A DNA stretch of 64,000 nt, from positions 608,001 to 672,000 of the forward strand of contig CAVRAL010000004.1 of NCBI GenBank assembly GCA_963719085.1, given 5' to 3'. A program made the translations under genes and the position numbers. This DNA is from a candidate division FCPU426 bacterium (GTDB lineage Bacteria; Oederibacteriota; Muellerivitia; Muellerivitales; Muellerivitaceae). Under the pieces are notes generated by a model, which was not told where the DNA came from, did no database searches, and saw only the letters and a list, made by a program, of their open reading frames with translations. Below, one piece after another: positions 18,825 to 28,907 of the stretch (its first letter is position 1; every line of letters starts with the position of its first letter).

Positions 18825-20453
18825 TCAGTGTCCCCCGCCGCCGCCGCCCGGCGCGCCCCAGCCGGTAGGTTTTTTAAGAAAAAGAATCGGGATAATGGTG
18901 ATCACGAAAATACAAGCCATCATCCAGCACATATGGTCAAAGCCCAGTACAAAGGCCTGTTTCTTAACCCGGAAGAAGGCTTCCTTGGCCACCAGATTGT
19001 CCGGATGGGCCATGCCGAGGGTGTCGGCGAATTTAAAGCTCATCCCATTGACGCTTTGGGCCCATTGGCTGTAGCCGATGCGAAGCGGGCTGATATATTG
19101 CCGCAAGTGGTCATAGGCCACGTCCTGGGATTTGCTGAACATGGTGGCCAAAAAGGCGATGCCGATACTGCCTCCCATTTGACGGGACAGGTTCATAATG
19201 CCCGCGGCCTGCCCCAAAGCGGGCCCCTTGAACTGGCCCAGCACTAAAGCGTTCACCGGGATGAATAAAAAGGGCATCCCGAGCCCCCGAATCAGCTGGG
19301 AGTCGACCAAATCCCCATAGGTGGATTGGGGCGAAAAATTTCCTAAATAGATGAGACAGGCCTCGATGGACGCCAATCCAAAAAACATGAACATCCGGGG
19401 ATCGAATTTTGAGAACTGGCTGCCGATGACCGGCATCATGAACCCGGCCAAGAGCGCCGCCGGCACGAACAGATTGCCGGTTTGGCCCGAGTCGAGCCCC
19501 AAAATGGTGCTGGCGAAAATGGGCACGAAAAAGATAAGACTGTAAAGCATGAACCCCACCGCGCCCATCAGCAGCGTGCCGTTAAGCAGGGCTACGTTTT
19601 TATAAAGCCTCAGGTCGATGATGGGATGCTCGGTCGTCAGTTCCCACCAAATGAAACCCGGGAGGCATAGGCCCGCCGTGATGGAACAAAGCAGGATGAT
19701 GTGATCGGAAAACCAATCGTCCGCCTGGCCCCGTTGAAGCACATATTGAAGGCATCCGATTCCCACGATGAGCAGCGCCAAACCCAAAGTATCCACCGGC
19801 GCCGTGCGGGCCTTGTTGTGAGCGTGGGCGTGCTCGGCTTCCACTTGGTAATCCTTCACGTAGGCCAGCGACAGGAAGGTGGCCAAGATGCCGAAGGGGA
19901 TATTGATGTTAAAAATCATCCGCCAGCCGAAATGGTCGGTTAAAAAACCACCCAAGGGCGGGCCGATCGTCGGGCCGATGATGACCACCATGCCGTAAAG
20001 GGCGCTTCCAAAGCCGGACCTTCCGGGGAACGCTTCCTGGATCAAAGCCTGGGAGGTGGGCAAAAGCGCGCCGCCCGCCGCGCCTTGAATGACCCGGAAA
20101 ATGATGAGACTGGTCAGATTGGGCGCCAGCCCGCAAGCCACCGACGCGAGGACGAAAAGAACGATACAGGTGGTGTAGTATTTTCGGCGGCCGAAACGCA
20201 TCCCCAGCCATCCGGAGATGGGAAGCACCACGGCGTTGGAAATGATGTAGCCGGTCACCACCCAGCCGATATCATCCAGCGTGGCGCCCAAGTTTCCCAT
20301 CATGGTGGGAATGGCCACGTTGACGATGGAGGTATCCACAATCTCCAAGAGCGACGCGATACCCGCGGTCAGGATCAGCATCAATCCGGCGCGGGAAAGA
20401 CCTTGCTGGGGCGCCGCCGCCGAGGGGGCGGCTATCGTTTTGGCTTCCGACAT
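18825..20453 (-). CDS. emrB: DHA2-family MFS efflux permease (EmrB-like)
   Basis: DTSIVNVAIP, WVVTGY, RFGRR, GPTIGPPLGG, WRMIFNINIP. Confidence 0.9.
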   Translation of the reverse strand: MSEAKTIAAPSAAAPQQGLSRAGLMLILTAGIASLLEIVDTSIVNVAIPTMMGNLGATLDDIGWVVTGYIISNAVVLPISGWLGMRFGRRKYYTTCIVLFVLASVACGLAPNLTSLIIFRVIQGAAGGALLPTSQALIQEAFPGRSGFGSALYGMVVIIGPTIGPPLGGFLTDHFGWRMIFNINIPFGILATFLSLAYVKDYQVEAEHAHAHNKARTAPVDTLGLALLIVGIGCLQYVLQRGQADDWFSDHIILLCSITAGLCLPGFIWWELTTEHPIIDLRLYKNVALLNGTLLMGAVGFMLYSLIFFVPIFASTILGLDSGQTGNLFVPAALLAGFMMPVIGSQFSKFDPRMFMFFGLASIEACLIYLGNFSPQSTYGDLVDSQLIRGLGMPFLFIPVNALVLGQFKGPALGQAAGIMNLSRQMGGSIGIAFLATMFSKSQDVAYDHLRQYISPLRIGYSQWAQSVNGMSFKFADTLGMAHPDNLVAKEAFFRVKKQAFVLGFDHMCWMMACIFVITIIPILFLKKPTGWGAPGGGGGGH

Positions 20454-20490
20454 AACAATCCTTTGAACGACTTCATCCGTAAGGTTTCTT

Positions 20491-20549
20491 TTTCACCGCA
20501 AGAACACCAAAAACAAAGATTCGATTTTCTTGGCGTCTTGGCGGTGAAA
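20491..20549. repeat. Short REP-like imperfect palindrome between emrA and emrB
   Basis: tttcaccgcaagaacaccaa.. versus ..ttggcgtcttggcggtgaaa, 18/23 match. Confidence 0.7.
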
Positions 20550-20569
20550 TGGTTTTTAAATACGTTCTT

Positions 20570-21460
20570 TCAGTGAACCTTGATCTTCACGACCGCGGAA
20601 AGTCCGGCGGCCAGACGGTCCATATCGTCGGCGGTCAAATCGGTCAAAGTAATCTTGACCGGAACCCGCTGGACCACCTTGGTGAAATTACCCGTCGAGT
20701 TATCCGGCGGAAGCAAGGTAAAGGTCGAGCCCGTGGCGGAACCGATGCTGTCCACCACGCCGTTGAAGGATTTTCCCTTGACCGCGTCCACGTCCACCTT
20801 GACCGACTGGCCCGGCTGAATTCGGGACAATTGGGTTTCTTTATAGTTGGCTTCCACCCAGCGTTCGCTGGAGCTCACAAAACCAAAAAGCGCCTGGCCC
20901 GCGGGAACCACCATACCCACTTCCACCGACTTTTTGGCGATGGTGCCGTCTTCCGGCGCCGTGATTTGGGTGTAACCCAGGTTCAACTTCGCCTGGTCGG
21001 CCTTGGCCTGATCGGCCTTGAGGCGCGAGGTGAGATTGCGGTACTTGGCCAAGGCCGCGTCATAATCGGATTTGGAAATGGCCTGGTCTTGGTACAACTT
21101 GGTGTAGCGCTGGTAATCCTGGGACGCTTGTTCCAAGTCCGCCTGGACCGACGCCTGGTCGGCGATGGCCTGGCTATAGGAAGTGGAATAGTCTTGGTCA
21201 TCCAACTGGGCCAAAACTTCCCCCGCCTTCACCTTTTGGTTTTCCTTGACCAACACCTTCACCACCGCGCCGCCGATGCGGGGCGCCAGCATGACGGCGT
21301 GGGCCTGCACATAAGCGTCATCGGTTCCCTCATACATAAAATTTTGGAACATGAAATAGGCCGCCAACACGACCGCCAGGGCGATCAGGCCCCGGATAAT
21401 CATGGTTTTTTTGCCGTTGGCCGGCTTGACCCCGGAGGGCGCTACTGGTGTCTTACTCAT
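20570..21460 (-). CDS. emrA: HlyD/EmrA-family periplasmic adaptor
   Basis: TDDAYV, ANYKETQL, PPDNSTGNFTKVVQRVPVKI. Confidence 0.9.
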   Translation of the reverse strand: MSKTPVAPSGVKPANGKKTMIIRGLIALAVVLAAYFMFQNFMYEGTDDAYVQAHAVMLAPRIGGAVVKVLVKENQKVKAGEVLAQLDDQDYSTSYSQAIADQASVQADLEQASQDYQRYTKLYQDQAISKSDYDAALAKYRNLTSRLKADQAKADQAKLNLGYTQITAPEDGTIAKKSVEVGMVVPAGQALFGFVSSSERWVEANYKETQLSRIQPGQSVKVDVDAVKGKSFNGVVDSIGSATGSTFTLLPPDNSTGNFTKVVQRVPVKITLTDLTADDMDRLAAGLSAVVKIKVH

Positions 21461-22934
21461 TTTCAATCCTCTTTCCCACAGACAGTTCAAGGTTAATTAA
21501 AGCTTCCAACGAATCAATTTGGGCCTGCACCAGGCCCGCCGCCGCGCGGTATTCCTCCAACTCAGCGTCCAACACATCCGTCGTGGTGCGGGTTCCCGCC
21601 TGAAACCCCACCGTGGCCAAACGCGCGCTTTCTTTGGCCTCGGCCACATCCGTCAACTTGGCGTTATAAATGGCCACGTTGGAAACCAACCGGCGTTTCC
21701 AAGTATCAAAGTCATAAGGCGCCTGGACTTGGGCCGCCTCAAAAGCGTCCCGGGCACCTTTGGCCTTTTCCCCATCCTCATTGGCCTTGGCCAAGGCGGA
21801 AGCCCCGTCCAAAATGTCCCAGGTCGCGGAAGCTCCGATGTAGTAGTCTTCCCGGAACTCATCCGTATGAATGACCGTTCCGTAGTAATTCGGCGTGTCG
21901 TACCATTGGTATTGGCCTATCAAAGACACCTTCGGTATTAAGAAGGAAGCCTCGCTGGCCGCGCCCTCGTCCTCGGCGGCTTTGGCTTGAAGCTCGGAAG
22001 CCTTCAAATCGGGTCTCTGGCTGAAATCAAGATCGCCCGCGGCCCCTAAAATTTTATTCGCGTCCAAAACCGGAAGAATGCCGCTTAACGGACGGTCGTC
22101 GGTTTTCATTCCCATGATCTGGGCCAGGTTTTCCCGCGCCAACACCACTTGGTCGTGGGCGGAAATTTGGTCGGATTGGGACTCATCGAGCTGAACTTTC
22201 ACCCGAAGCGAGTCGTACTTGGTGGCTTGCCCGTTATCCAGCTGATCCGTAACGATGCGCAGGTGGTCCTGCAGGGTCTTCACGTTTTGGTCGGCCATGT
22301 CGGAAAGTTCTTGGGCCGCGATGGCCTCATAAAACATCAACCGGATTTTTTGTTGGAGTTGGAATAAAGACCAATCCGCCATGATCTTGGCCGCTTGGTG
22401 GGTGTTGTTGGCCGCGTCCAATTTATGAACATTCTTAAACCCGTCAAAGACGTCGAAACTGGCGTCCAAGCTCAAGGCCGTGTCCGGCTGGATGCTGGGA
22501 AATTGCAGGGGAGGCGGCCCCGCGAATTCAATGCTCAAGTAAGGATATTGAATATCGAAAAAGTGTTGTCCGCTCACGCTGATATGAGGCAGAAACCCGT
22601 CGGAAAAAGCCTCCACTTGGCCCCAAGAGGCCTGGCGTTCCATATCCTGGGCTTGGCGGTAAACCGGCGATTGGCTCACCGCTTCTTGCAGAGCCTGGTC
22701 CAGGGTCAATCCACCCGCCACCATGCCACCAATTTGGGGTACGGAAGCGCCGGACCCAAAACCGCTTCCGGCCGCGGATCCTGTTTCTAAGGGGGAGGCC
22801 GTCACGGTCACCGCGGGCGCCGTGGTTTCAGACTCCGGTCCCGTTTGGGCCAAGGCCCATACCGGCATTCCCAGGCTGAGTAAAAGACCCATCGCCCAAG
22901 CGCCTTTTATTTTCATTTGATCGCTCATCGTCAT
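21453..22934 (-). CDS. TolC-family outer-membrane efflux protein
   Basis: Signal peptide, LTLDQAL..A, RPDL, G.RT..DVLDA; lies in the efflux operon. Confidence 0.9.
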   Translation of the reverse strand: MTMSDQMKIKGAWAMGLLLSLGMPVWALAQTGPESETTAPAVTVTASPLETGSAAGSGFGSGASVPQIGGMVAGGLTLDQALQEAVSQSPVYRQAQDMERQASWGQVEAFSDGFLPHISVSGQHFFDIQYPYLSIEFAGPPPLQFPSIQPDTALSLDASFDVFDGFKNVHKLDAANNTHQAAKIMADWSLFQLQQKIRLMFYEAIAAQELSDMADQNVKTLQDHLRIVTDQLDNGQATKYDSLRVKVQLDESQSDQISAHDQVVLARENLAQIMGMKTDDRPLSGILPVLDANKILGAAGDLDFSQRPDLKASELQAKAAEDEGAASEASFLIPKVSLIGQYQWYDTPNYYGTVIHTDEFREDYYIGASATWDILDGASALAKANEDGEKAKGARDAFEAAQVQAPYDFDTWKRRLVSNVAIYNAKLTDVAEAKESARLATVGFQAGTRTTTDVLDAELEEYRAAAGLVQAQIDSLEALINLELSVGKRIENE

Positions 22935-23410
22935 ACCTCGCTTTTTTTCAGGAAATGCGCCGCCAATAATTTTTTTAACAGGAGGGACAGATCCTTTTGT
23001 TCCTTGGCGGAAAGGACCGCCAGGAATTTTTTCTCCGCCGCCATCCCCAAGCGGTTAAGCTCCGGAAGCAGGCCCTTGCCCTTTTCCGTCACATGGATGG
23101 AATGGGCCCGGCGGTCCGAGAGGCTCACCCGGCGTTCCACCAATCCCGCTTTTTCCAAATCATCGATCATCATGACCATCGTGGAGCGGTCCATATGGAT
23201 GCAGCGGCCGATATCGTGCTGGGTCAGGGACCCCTTTTCTTTCAGCGTGGTCAGGATGCCCCAATGTTTGCCGATCAGGCCGTAAGGCTTCAAGGCCTCC
23301 TCGGTCATTTCCCGCAATTTAAAGGCGTTTTTTATGAGCAAAAAGGCCATCCGCTCCAGGACAATCCGGGGGATCTCAACGGCGGCCAGGGGTTCCATTG
23401 TTTTTTTCAC
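22931..23410 (-). CDS. MarR-family transcriptional regulator
   Basis: DRST...IDDLE..GLVER...DRRA..I..TEKG; GAGGAG SD before GTG 23410. Confidence 0.9.
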   Translation of the reverse strand: MKKTMEPLAAVEIPRIVLERMAFLLIKNAFKLREMTEEALKPYGLIGKHWGILTTLKEKGSLTQHDIGRCIHMDRSTMVMMIDDLEKAGLVERRVSLSDRRAHSIHVTEKGKGLLPELNRLGMAAEKKFLAVLSAKEQKDLSLLLKKLLAAHFLKKSEV

Positions 23411-23424
23411 AGCCAGGGGCTCCT

Positions 23425-23473
23425 CAAGGGGTAACTGATCATCAGTGTTACTGACTATCAGGGTCACTGTCAA
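23425..23473 (-). promoter_or_regulatory. marR-emr operon promoter with tandem operator sites
   Basis: TTGACA at 23468-23473 (minus); palindrome TCAGT-n3-ACTGA at 23442-23454 with degenerate copies at 16-bp spacing. Confidence 0.7.
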
Positions 23474-23658
23474 TAGGCCCGCCCCCTATTTTTTGGGGGG
23501 TCCGGCAACTTTTAGCCCCGGGAAGCCGTATTTTGGACCGGACAGAAAAGGGATGCTTTTCGGCGCTGTTTCGATTTGTAACTAAATGTAGCGGCCCCTC
23601 GGCCAGCGGGTTGAAAGCCTCCGTCATTGTCGTTAACCTTAAGGCTAAAGAAAAAGGC

Positions 23659-25686
23659 ATGAAAATAAAATTCACCGGAATTTTACAAAGACGATTCAAC
23701 CTACTGGTGGTGGCCGGATGGCTGGCCCTGACAGGGCAGGCCGCCCAATGCCAGAACGTGGAACCCAACTCCCTCGGAGACTTAAACACCATGAGCCTAT
23801 CGGAAGACCTTCAAGCCACGGTCCGCGCCCCGGAGTTTCCGGCGGGCGACGCCTGGCTCAATACCGACCATCCCCTTACGATGAAAGAGCTCAAGGGCAA
23901 AATCGTTCTTTTGGATTTTTGGACCTACTGCTGTATCAATTGCATGCATGTCATTCCCGACTTGAAGAGGCTCGAGGATAAATACAAGGATTCTTTAGTC
24001 GTCATCGGGGTGCATTCGGCCAAATTTAAAACCGAAAAAGACACGGATAACATCCGGGAAGCGGTTTTACGTTATGAGGTCCATCACCCCGTTATCAATG
24101 ACAGCGACTTCAAGGTTTGGAGCGGCTATGGCATCCAGGCTTGGCCCTCCTTCGCCTTGATCAATCCCGAAGGCAAGGTGGTGGGGCTCACCTCGGGCGA
24201 AGGCGTCTACGAGACAATGGATCCGATCCTGGCCGAACTGACCGACCATTACAAAAAAGAAGGCAAGCTCAACCTCACCCCTTTCCATTACTCGTTGGAA
24301 AAAGACAAGGTCCCCCAATCCTTTCTTTCTTTTCCCGGCAAACTCGCCGCGGACGAAAAATCGGACACCTTGGTCATTTCCGATTCCAACCACAACCGGA
24401 TCCTGGTCGCCGGGCTCGATGGGAAAATCCGCCAAGCCATCGGTTCGGGCCAATCCGGTTTCCGCGACGGCGATTTTAAAACAGCCGAATTTTTTCATCC
24501 CCAAGGCGTTTTTTTTGATTCAGGGGAAAAAACGATCTACGTGGCCGACACCGAGAACCACGCCATCCGTAAAATTGATTTGAAGGCGGAAACCGTTTCC
24601 ACCTTGGCGGGCAGCGGCCATCAAGCCCGGGGCTACAACCTGGAAGGCCGGGGAAAATCGATCGATCTCAACAGCCCCTGGGACGTCTTGAAAAAAGGCG
24701 ACCTGCTTTATATCGCCATGGCGGGGTCCCACCAAATTTGGACGCTGAATTTAAGCTCCAACGCCGCCTCGGTCTTCGCCGGTTCCTCGCGCGAGGACAT
24801 CTTGGACGGCCCCTTGAAACAAGCGGCCTTGGCCCAGACCAGCGGGCTTTCCACCGATGGCGGTCATCTTTTTTTCGTGGATAGCGAGACTTCGTCCTTA
24901 AGGGAGACGGGTTTTGACCCCTCCGGCTCCGTCACCACTTTGGTGGGCCGGGGACTCTTTGATTTCGGCGACGCCGATGGCCCGGGCCCGAGCGCGCGCT
25001 TTCAGCACCCGATCGGATTGGCCTATCATGACGGAGCGGTTTATGTGGCCGACACCTACAACAACCGCGTGCGCCGCTACGATTTGAAAACCAAAATCGT
25101 CAGCACGGTTTTAGGGGGAAAAGAAGCGGGCTTAAAGGACGGGGACGCCCCCCAATCGCTTTTGAATGAGCCTTGCGGCCTGGCTTTCGCCGGCGAAAAG
25201 ATGTTTATCGCCGACACCAACAACCAGCTCATCCGGGTTTATGATTTGAAAACTGGAAAAATAGGGTCCTTGATGTTGACGGGGCTCAACCAAACCGGGG
25301 TCATGCCGCCCGCGCCCTTGGGAAAACCCTCGGTGGTTTTAGCCGTCCAAGAAGTAAAGCCTTCCGTTAAGGAACTTACCTTCACCCTTCAACTACCAGC
25401 GGGCCTTCAATTGAACCCCCAAGCGCCTTCTGAATTGGAACTGTCTTCGTCCGACGGCTCGGTGGCCAAGATCGCGGCGTCTTCGATTTCCGTCACGGCC
25501 ACGACCTTGACGGTTCCCCTTCAATTAACGCCCGGACAAACCACTTTGAGCCTAAACTTGACCGTCTTTTATTGTTCCCATGGGCAACAGGCGCTTTGTT
25601 ATTTCAAACAGGCGGCGCTGTCCCTGCCTTTAAAAATCTCGGATCAAGGCTCGGATGTCTTGGAGCTGACCTACCCCATCCATTGA
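23659..25686 (+). CDS. Thioredoxin-like + NHL-repeat protein (NHLRC2/SOQ1-like)
   Basis: RAPE..WLNT, DFWTYCCINC, GVHSAKF, NHL repeats (ISDSNHNRI, VADTENHAIR, VADTYNNRVR). Confidence 0.9.
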   Translation: MKIKFTGILQRRFNLLVVAGWLALTGQAAQCQNVEPNSLGDLNTMSLSEDLQATVRAPEFPAGDAWLNTDHPLTMKELKGKIVLLDFWTYCCINCMHVIPDLKRLEDKYKDSLVVIGVHSAKFKTEKDTDNIREAVLRYEVHHPVINDSDFKVWSGYGIQAWPSFALINPEGKVVGLTSGEGVYETMDPILAELTDHYKKEGKLNLTPFHYSLEKDKVPQSFLSFPGKLAADEKSDTLVISDSNHNRILVAGLDGKIRQAIGSGQSGFRDGDFKTAEFFHPQGVFFDSGEKTIYVADTENHAIRKIDLKAETVSTLAGSGHQARGYNLEGRGKSIDLNSPWDVLKKGDLLYIAMAGSHQIWTLNLSSNAASVFAGSSREDILDGPLKQAALAQTSGLSTDGGHLFFVDSETSSLRETGFDPSGSVTTLVGRGLFDFGDADGPGPSARFQHPIGLAYHDGAVYVADTYNNRVRRYDLKTKIVSTVLGGKEAGLKDGDAPQSLLNEPCGLAFAGEKMFIADTNNQLIRVYDLKTGKIGSLMLTGLNQTGVMPPAPLGKPSVVLAVQEVKPSVKELTFTLQLPAGLQLNPQAPSELELSSSDGSVAKIAASSISVTATTLTVPLQLTPGQTTLSLNLTVFYCSHGQQALCYFKQAALSLPLKISDQGSDVLELTYPIH

Positions 25687-25729
25687 CGATGGAAGGAGAT
25701 GGATTTACCTGAAGGGGCCTCAAAATGAC

Positions 25730-25758
25730 TTGACCCTCTCCAGGGCCGCCTTTAGTCT
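25730..25758 (+). promoter_or_regulatory. Sigma70-type promoter, leaderless spacing
   Basis: TTGACC-17-TAGTCT-6-ATG. Confidence 0.65.
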
Positions 25759-25764
25759 TTCCCC

Positions 25765-27456
25765 ATGTCCAAGCTCCTTTTGTTTTTCCAATCGCCTTCC
25801 GCTTTTTTAAAATCCAACCCGTTCCTTCGCTTTCGGCAAGAACTGCCTTGGTTTGTGCGGGGCGACCTGGACGGCTTTTTCGGCCTCTTCATGGATAATC
25901 TGCTCCAGTTGATGCTCATCGGGGGGCTTTGTAAATTTTTCTGCGGCTTCTCTTCCGACTTTATCACGGGTCAAATTTTGCCCGGAGCCGCCCTGTCCAT
26001 TCTTTTAGGAAACCTGTTTTACGCTTGGCAGGCCCGCCGCTTGGCGATCGCCTCCGGCCGCTCGGATGTCACCGCGCTTCCTTTTGGCATCAATACGCCG
26101 AGCTTGATCGCCTTTATTTTTCTCATCATGGCCCCGGTCTACCAAGAAACGAAGGATTGGCACCTGGCCTGGCAAGCGGGTCTTTTCGCCTGCCTTTTAA
26201 ACGGGCTCATGGAAATTGGCGGCGCCTTTTGCGGCGATTGGCTGAGGCGCAACACGCCCCGGGCGGCGCTGCTTTGCGCGCTGGCGGGCGTGGCCATGAC
26301 CTTTATTTCCATGGGATTTATCTTTCAAATTTTTTCCCATCCCCTGGTGGGCTTGGTTCCCATGCTTCTCATTTTGATCAGTTACTCCTCCCGGGTGAAA
26401 TGGCCCCTTTCGCTTCCGGGCGGTTTTTTCGCCGTGGCGCTCGGCACGATCTTGGCTTGGATTTTCCATTCCATCATCGGCATTCCCTTGAATGTCTCCA
26501 CCGACCCGATCCATTGGTCGCTCAATCTGCCCCATCCGGTGCCCGTGGATCTGTTTGCCCTTTTCACCAGCGCCGCGGGCTGGAAATATTTGGCGATTAT
26601 TTTTCCCATGGGTCTTTTTAACGTCATTGGTTCCCTGCAAAACCTGGAAAGCGCCGAGGCCGGCGGGGACCGTTATCCCACCAAACCGTCGCTTTTAGTG
26701 AACGGCTTGGCCACCTTATTGGCCGCTTTTTTTGGCAGCGCCTTTCCCACGACGATTTATATCGGCCATCCGGGGTGGAAATCCATGGGCGCCCGCCACG
26801 GCTATTCGATCCTCAACGGCGCGGTGATCAGTTTGTTGTGCCTTTTCGGCGGGGTCACCTTATTCCTGAAATTCATCCCCCAGGAATGCATCTTGGGGAT
26901 CCTGCTTTGGATCGCCATCATCATTACGGCCCAGGCCTTCCAGGAAATCCCCAAAGAACACGCGCTGGCGGTGGCTTTTGGCCTGATCCCGGCTTTCGCG
27001 GCCTTTATTTTGGAGCTGGTGGTGGAGCCCACCCTGCAGGCGGCGGGGCTTCCCCTGGCCCTGGCCGTCGACAAATTGAACGCCGCGGGCCTTTCCATTC
27101 AAGGCGTGATTTATCTGAACCAGGGCTTTTTGCTCACCTCCATGATTTTCGCGGCGTCTTTGGTTTATATGATCGAGAAAAAATTCCTGAAGGCCGCTCA
27201 ATGGCTTTTCGCGGCGTCCGGCCTCTCGCTGGTCGGACTTATCCATGCTTATCATTTGACCCTGGAAGAGGGGCTTCAAAATAAATTCGGTTTGGTGGCC
27301 GCGCCTGAGTTCGCGGTGGTTTACGCGCTGGTGGGCGGCATTCTTTTAATGCTGCACTATCGATTAAAATCCAACGGCAAATCCCGCAAACGCAAAACCA
27401 AAAAAGACAAGCCGGAAGCCCCGGCCGCCCCCAAACGAAGCGTGGGTTATCTTTAA
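25765..27456 (+). CDS. NCS2/AzgA-like nucleobase permease
   Basis: GDLDGFFGL..DN, TALPFGINT, NLESAEAGGD.Y, TTIYIGHPGWK.MGA. Confidence 0.85.
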   Translation: MSKLLLFFQSPSAFLKSNPFLRFRQELPWFVRGDLDGFFGLFMDNLLQLMLIGGLCKFFCGFSSDFITGQILPGAALSILLGNLFYAWQARRLAIASGRSDVTALPFGINTPSLIAFIFLIMAPVYQETKDWHLAWQAGLFACLLNGLMEIGGAFCGDWLRRNTPRAALLCALAGVAMTFISMGFIFQIFSHPLVGLVPMLLILISYSSRVKWPLSLPGGFFAVALGTILAWIFHSIIGIPLNVSTDPIHWSLNLPHPVPVDLFALFTSAAGWKYLAIIFPMGLFNVIGSLQNLESAEAGGDRYPTKPSLLVNGLATLLAAFFGSAFPTTIYIGHPGWKSMGARHGYSILNGAVISLLCLFGGVTLFLKFIPQECILGILLWIAIIITAQAFQEIPKEHALAVAFGLIPAFAAFILELVVEPTLQAAGLPLALAVDKLNAAGLSIQGVIYLNQGFLLTSMIFAASLVYMIEKKFLKAAQWLFAASGLSLVGLIHAYHLTLEEGLQNKFGLVAAPEFAVVYALVGGILLMLHYRLKSNGKSRKRKTKKDKPEAPAAPKRSVGYL

Positions 27457-27529
27457 CATCGCGTTGAAGCCGGATGCCTTATGGCGGAAGATAGGCCCTG
27501 TTTTTCCACTTTTTCCGGGAGGGTTTCTT

Positions 27530-28330
27530 TTGCGCGTCTTGAACGTTTTGAGCGTTTTTTTTCTTATCATCGGCTTGGCTGGCTTCGCCGGCGCCCAAAC
27601 TCCCGCGGAGCCGCCAACACCTGCCACCGCGCCGGTGAATGAATCCGCCTTTACCTGGCAGCAGCCTTCCCAAGCCGACGGCATTTTGCTTTATTGGTCC
27701 AAGGTGCCCGACACCGATATCGTTGCCTTTAAGGGTGAAGGCATCGTGGACGCCCCCATGGACAAGGTCGCCACCATCATTGTGGATACCACCCGCGGCA
27801 CCGAATGGATCGACGGCCTGGTGGAATCGAAGGTTTTAAAATCCGTTTCCCCCACCCAGTTCGTCGAATACGACCATCAAGGCGTGCCCTTTCCTTTTGA
27901 CCAGCTCATCTCAGATAGGGATTTCGTCTCCCAGGTGACCATCGCGCCCGCGCCCGAAGTCCACGGACTCACCATCAGCTATGTGGCCACCGAGGATCCC
28001 TCCATGCCGCCCACTAAAAAATATGTGCGGGGGGAACTGCGCTATTGCGTTTTTAAATTGATGCCCATGACCCTGGTGAATCAAACCTATGTGGTGGCCG
28101 AGGTGGACGCCGACCCCAAGGGTCATCTGGCGCCCTGGCTGGTGAATTTTTTTCAGGAAGGTTGGCCGCACACGACTTTTCAAAACTTGAGGCGGGAAGC
28201 CCAAAAAACCAACATCACGCCCTTTCCCTGGATTGACGCCCTTGTTGCCTCCACCGGACCCTTCGCCTGGCAGGCCCCGGACGCCAAGCCGCCTCGGCCC
28301 CAAGGCAAGCCCAGACGCTTCCTCAACTAA
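27530..28330 (+). CDS. Exported START-domain (SRPBCC) lipid-binding protein
   Basis: GGAGGG SD before TTG 27530; signal peptide; PFP...SDRDFV and DPKG.L.PWLVN. Confidence 0.75.
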   Translation: MRVLNVLSVFFLIIGLAGFAGAQTPAEPPTPATAPVNESAFTWQQPSQADGILLYWSKVPDTDIVAFKGEGIVDAPMDKVATIIVDTTRGTEWIDGLVESKVLKSVSPTQFVEYDHQGVPFPFDQLISDRDFVSQVTIAPAPEVHGLTISYVATEDPSMPPTKKYVRGELRYCVFKLMPMTLVNQTYVVAEVDADPKGHLAPWLVNFFQEGWPHTTFQNLRREAQKTNITPFPWIDALVASTGPFAWQAPDAKPPRPQGKPRRFLN

Positions 28331-28835
28331 CCTTTGGCTCCGTCGGGGGCTGAACAGCCGACTCGGTTTTGGGAATCACGCTGATCTGGCCGCTTTCTTC
28401 CAAAATGGCGTAGCGCACCTTTTCGATATCCACCACCCCGCTCTTGCGAAAAGCCGCCTGCAGGTCTTCCATGGCGATATGTTCGTGCATCATGCGGTGC
28501 TGGAACACTTTCCCATTGTGGACCAAAAGGGTGGGCTCCCCGGTCATCACCCTTCGCAGGGATTTGGAACGGGAGGTGAAAACCACCAACGCGTAATTCA
28601 GGCCCAGAATGACCACCGCCCCCAGCATTCCCCCGCCCAAGGAGTTATCGTTGCCAATCACGGCGTTTTGAACGACGTTGGAAATGATGAGCAGGACCAC
28701 TAGGTCAAAGGGCGTCAATTGGCCCACTTGCCTTTTGCCGGTAAACCGGAAAGCGATCAGCAGGAATAAATAAATAACCACCGAACGGACAATTTTTTCC
28801 CAAACCGGAATATCCGGAATCCATAAATGACCCAT
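28323..28835 (-). CDS. DUF421/YetF-family membrane protein
   Basis: GKRQVGQLTPFDLVV, GEPTLLV.NG, AILEESGQISV. Confidence 0.9.
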   Translation of the reverse strand: MGHLWIPDIPVWEKIVRSVVIYLFLLIAFRFTGKRQVGQLTPFDLVVLLIISNVVQNAVIGNDNSLGGGMLGAVVILGLNYALVVFTSRSKSLRRVMTGEPTLLVHNGKVFQHRMMHEHIAMEDLQAAFRKSGVVDIEKVRYAILEESGQISVIPKTESAVQPPTEPKVS

Positions 28836-28855
28836 GGGACCCGCCTTTCTGAAAT

Positions 28856-28886
28856 AAAAAAGGCCTTCCCGCAAGGGAAGGCCTTT
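28856..28886 (-). terminator. Intrinsic terminator after the RidA-family gene
   Basis: Perfect 12-bp stem aaaggccttccc/gggaaggccttt, T-run on the minus strand. Confidence 0.85.
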
Positions 28887-28907
28887 AAAGTTTAACCTTT
28901 TTTAAGG

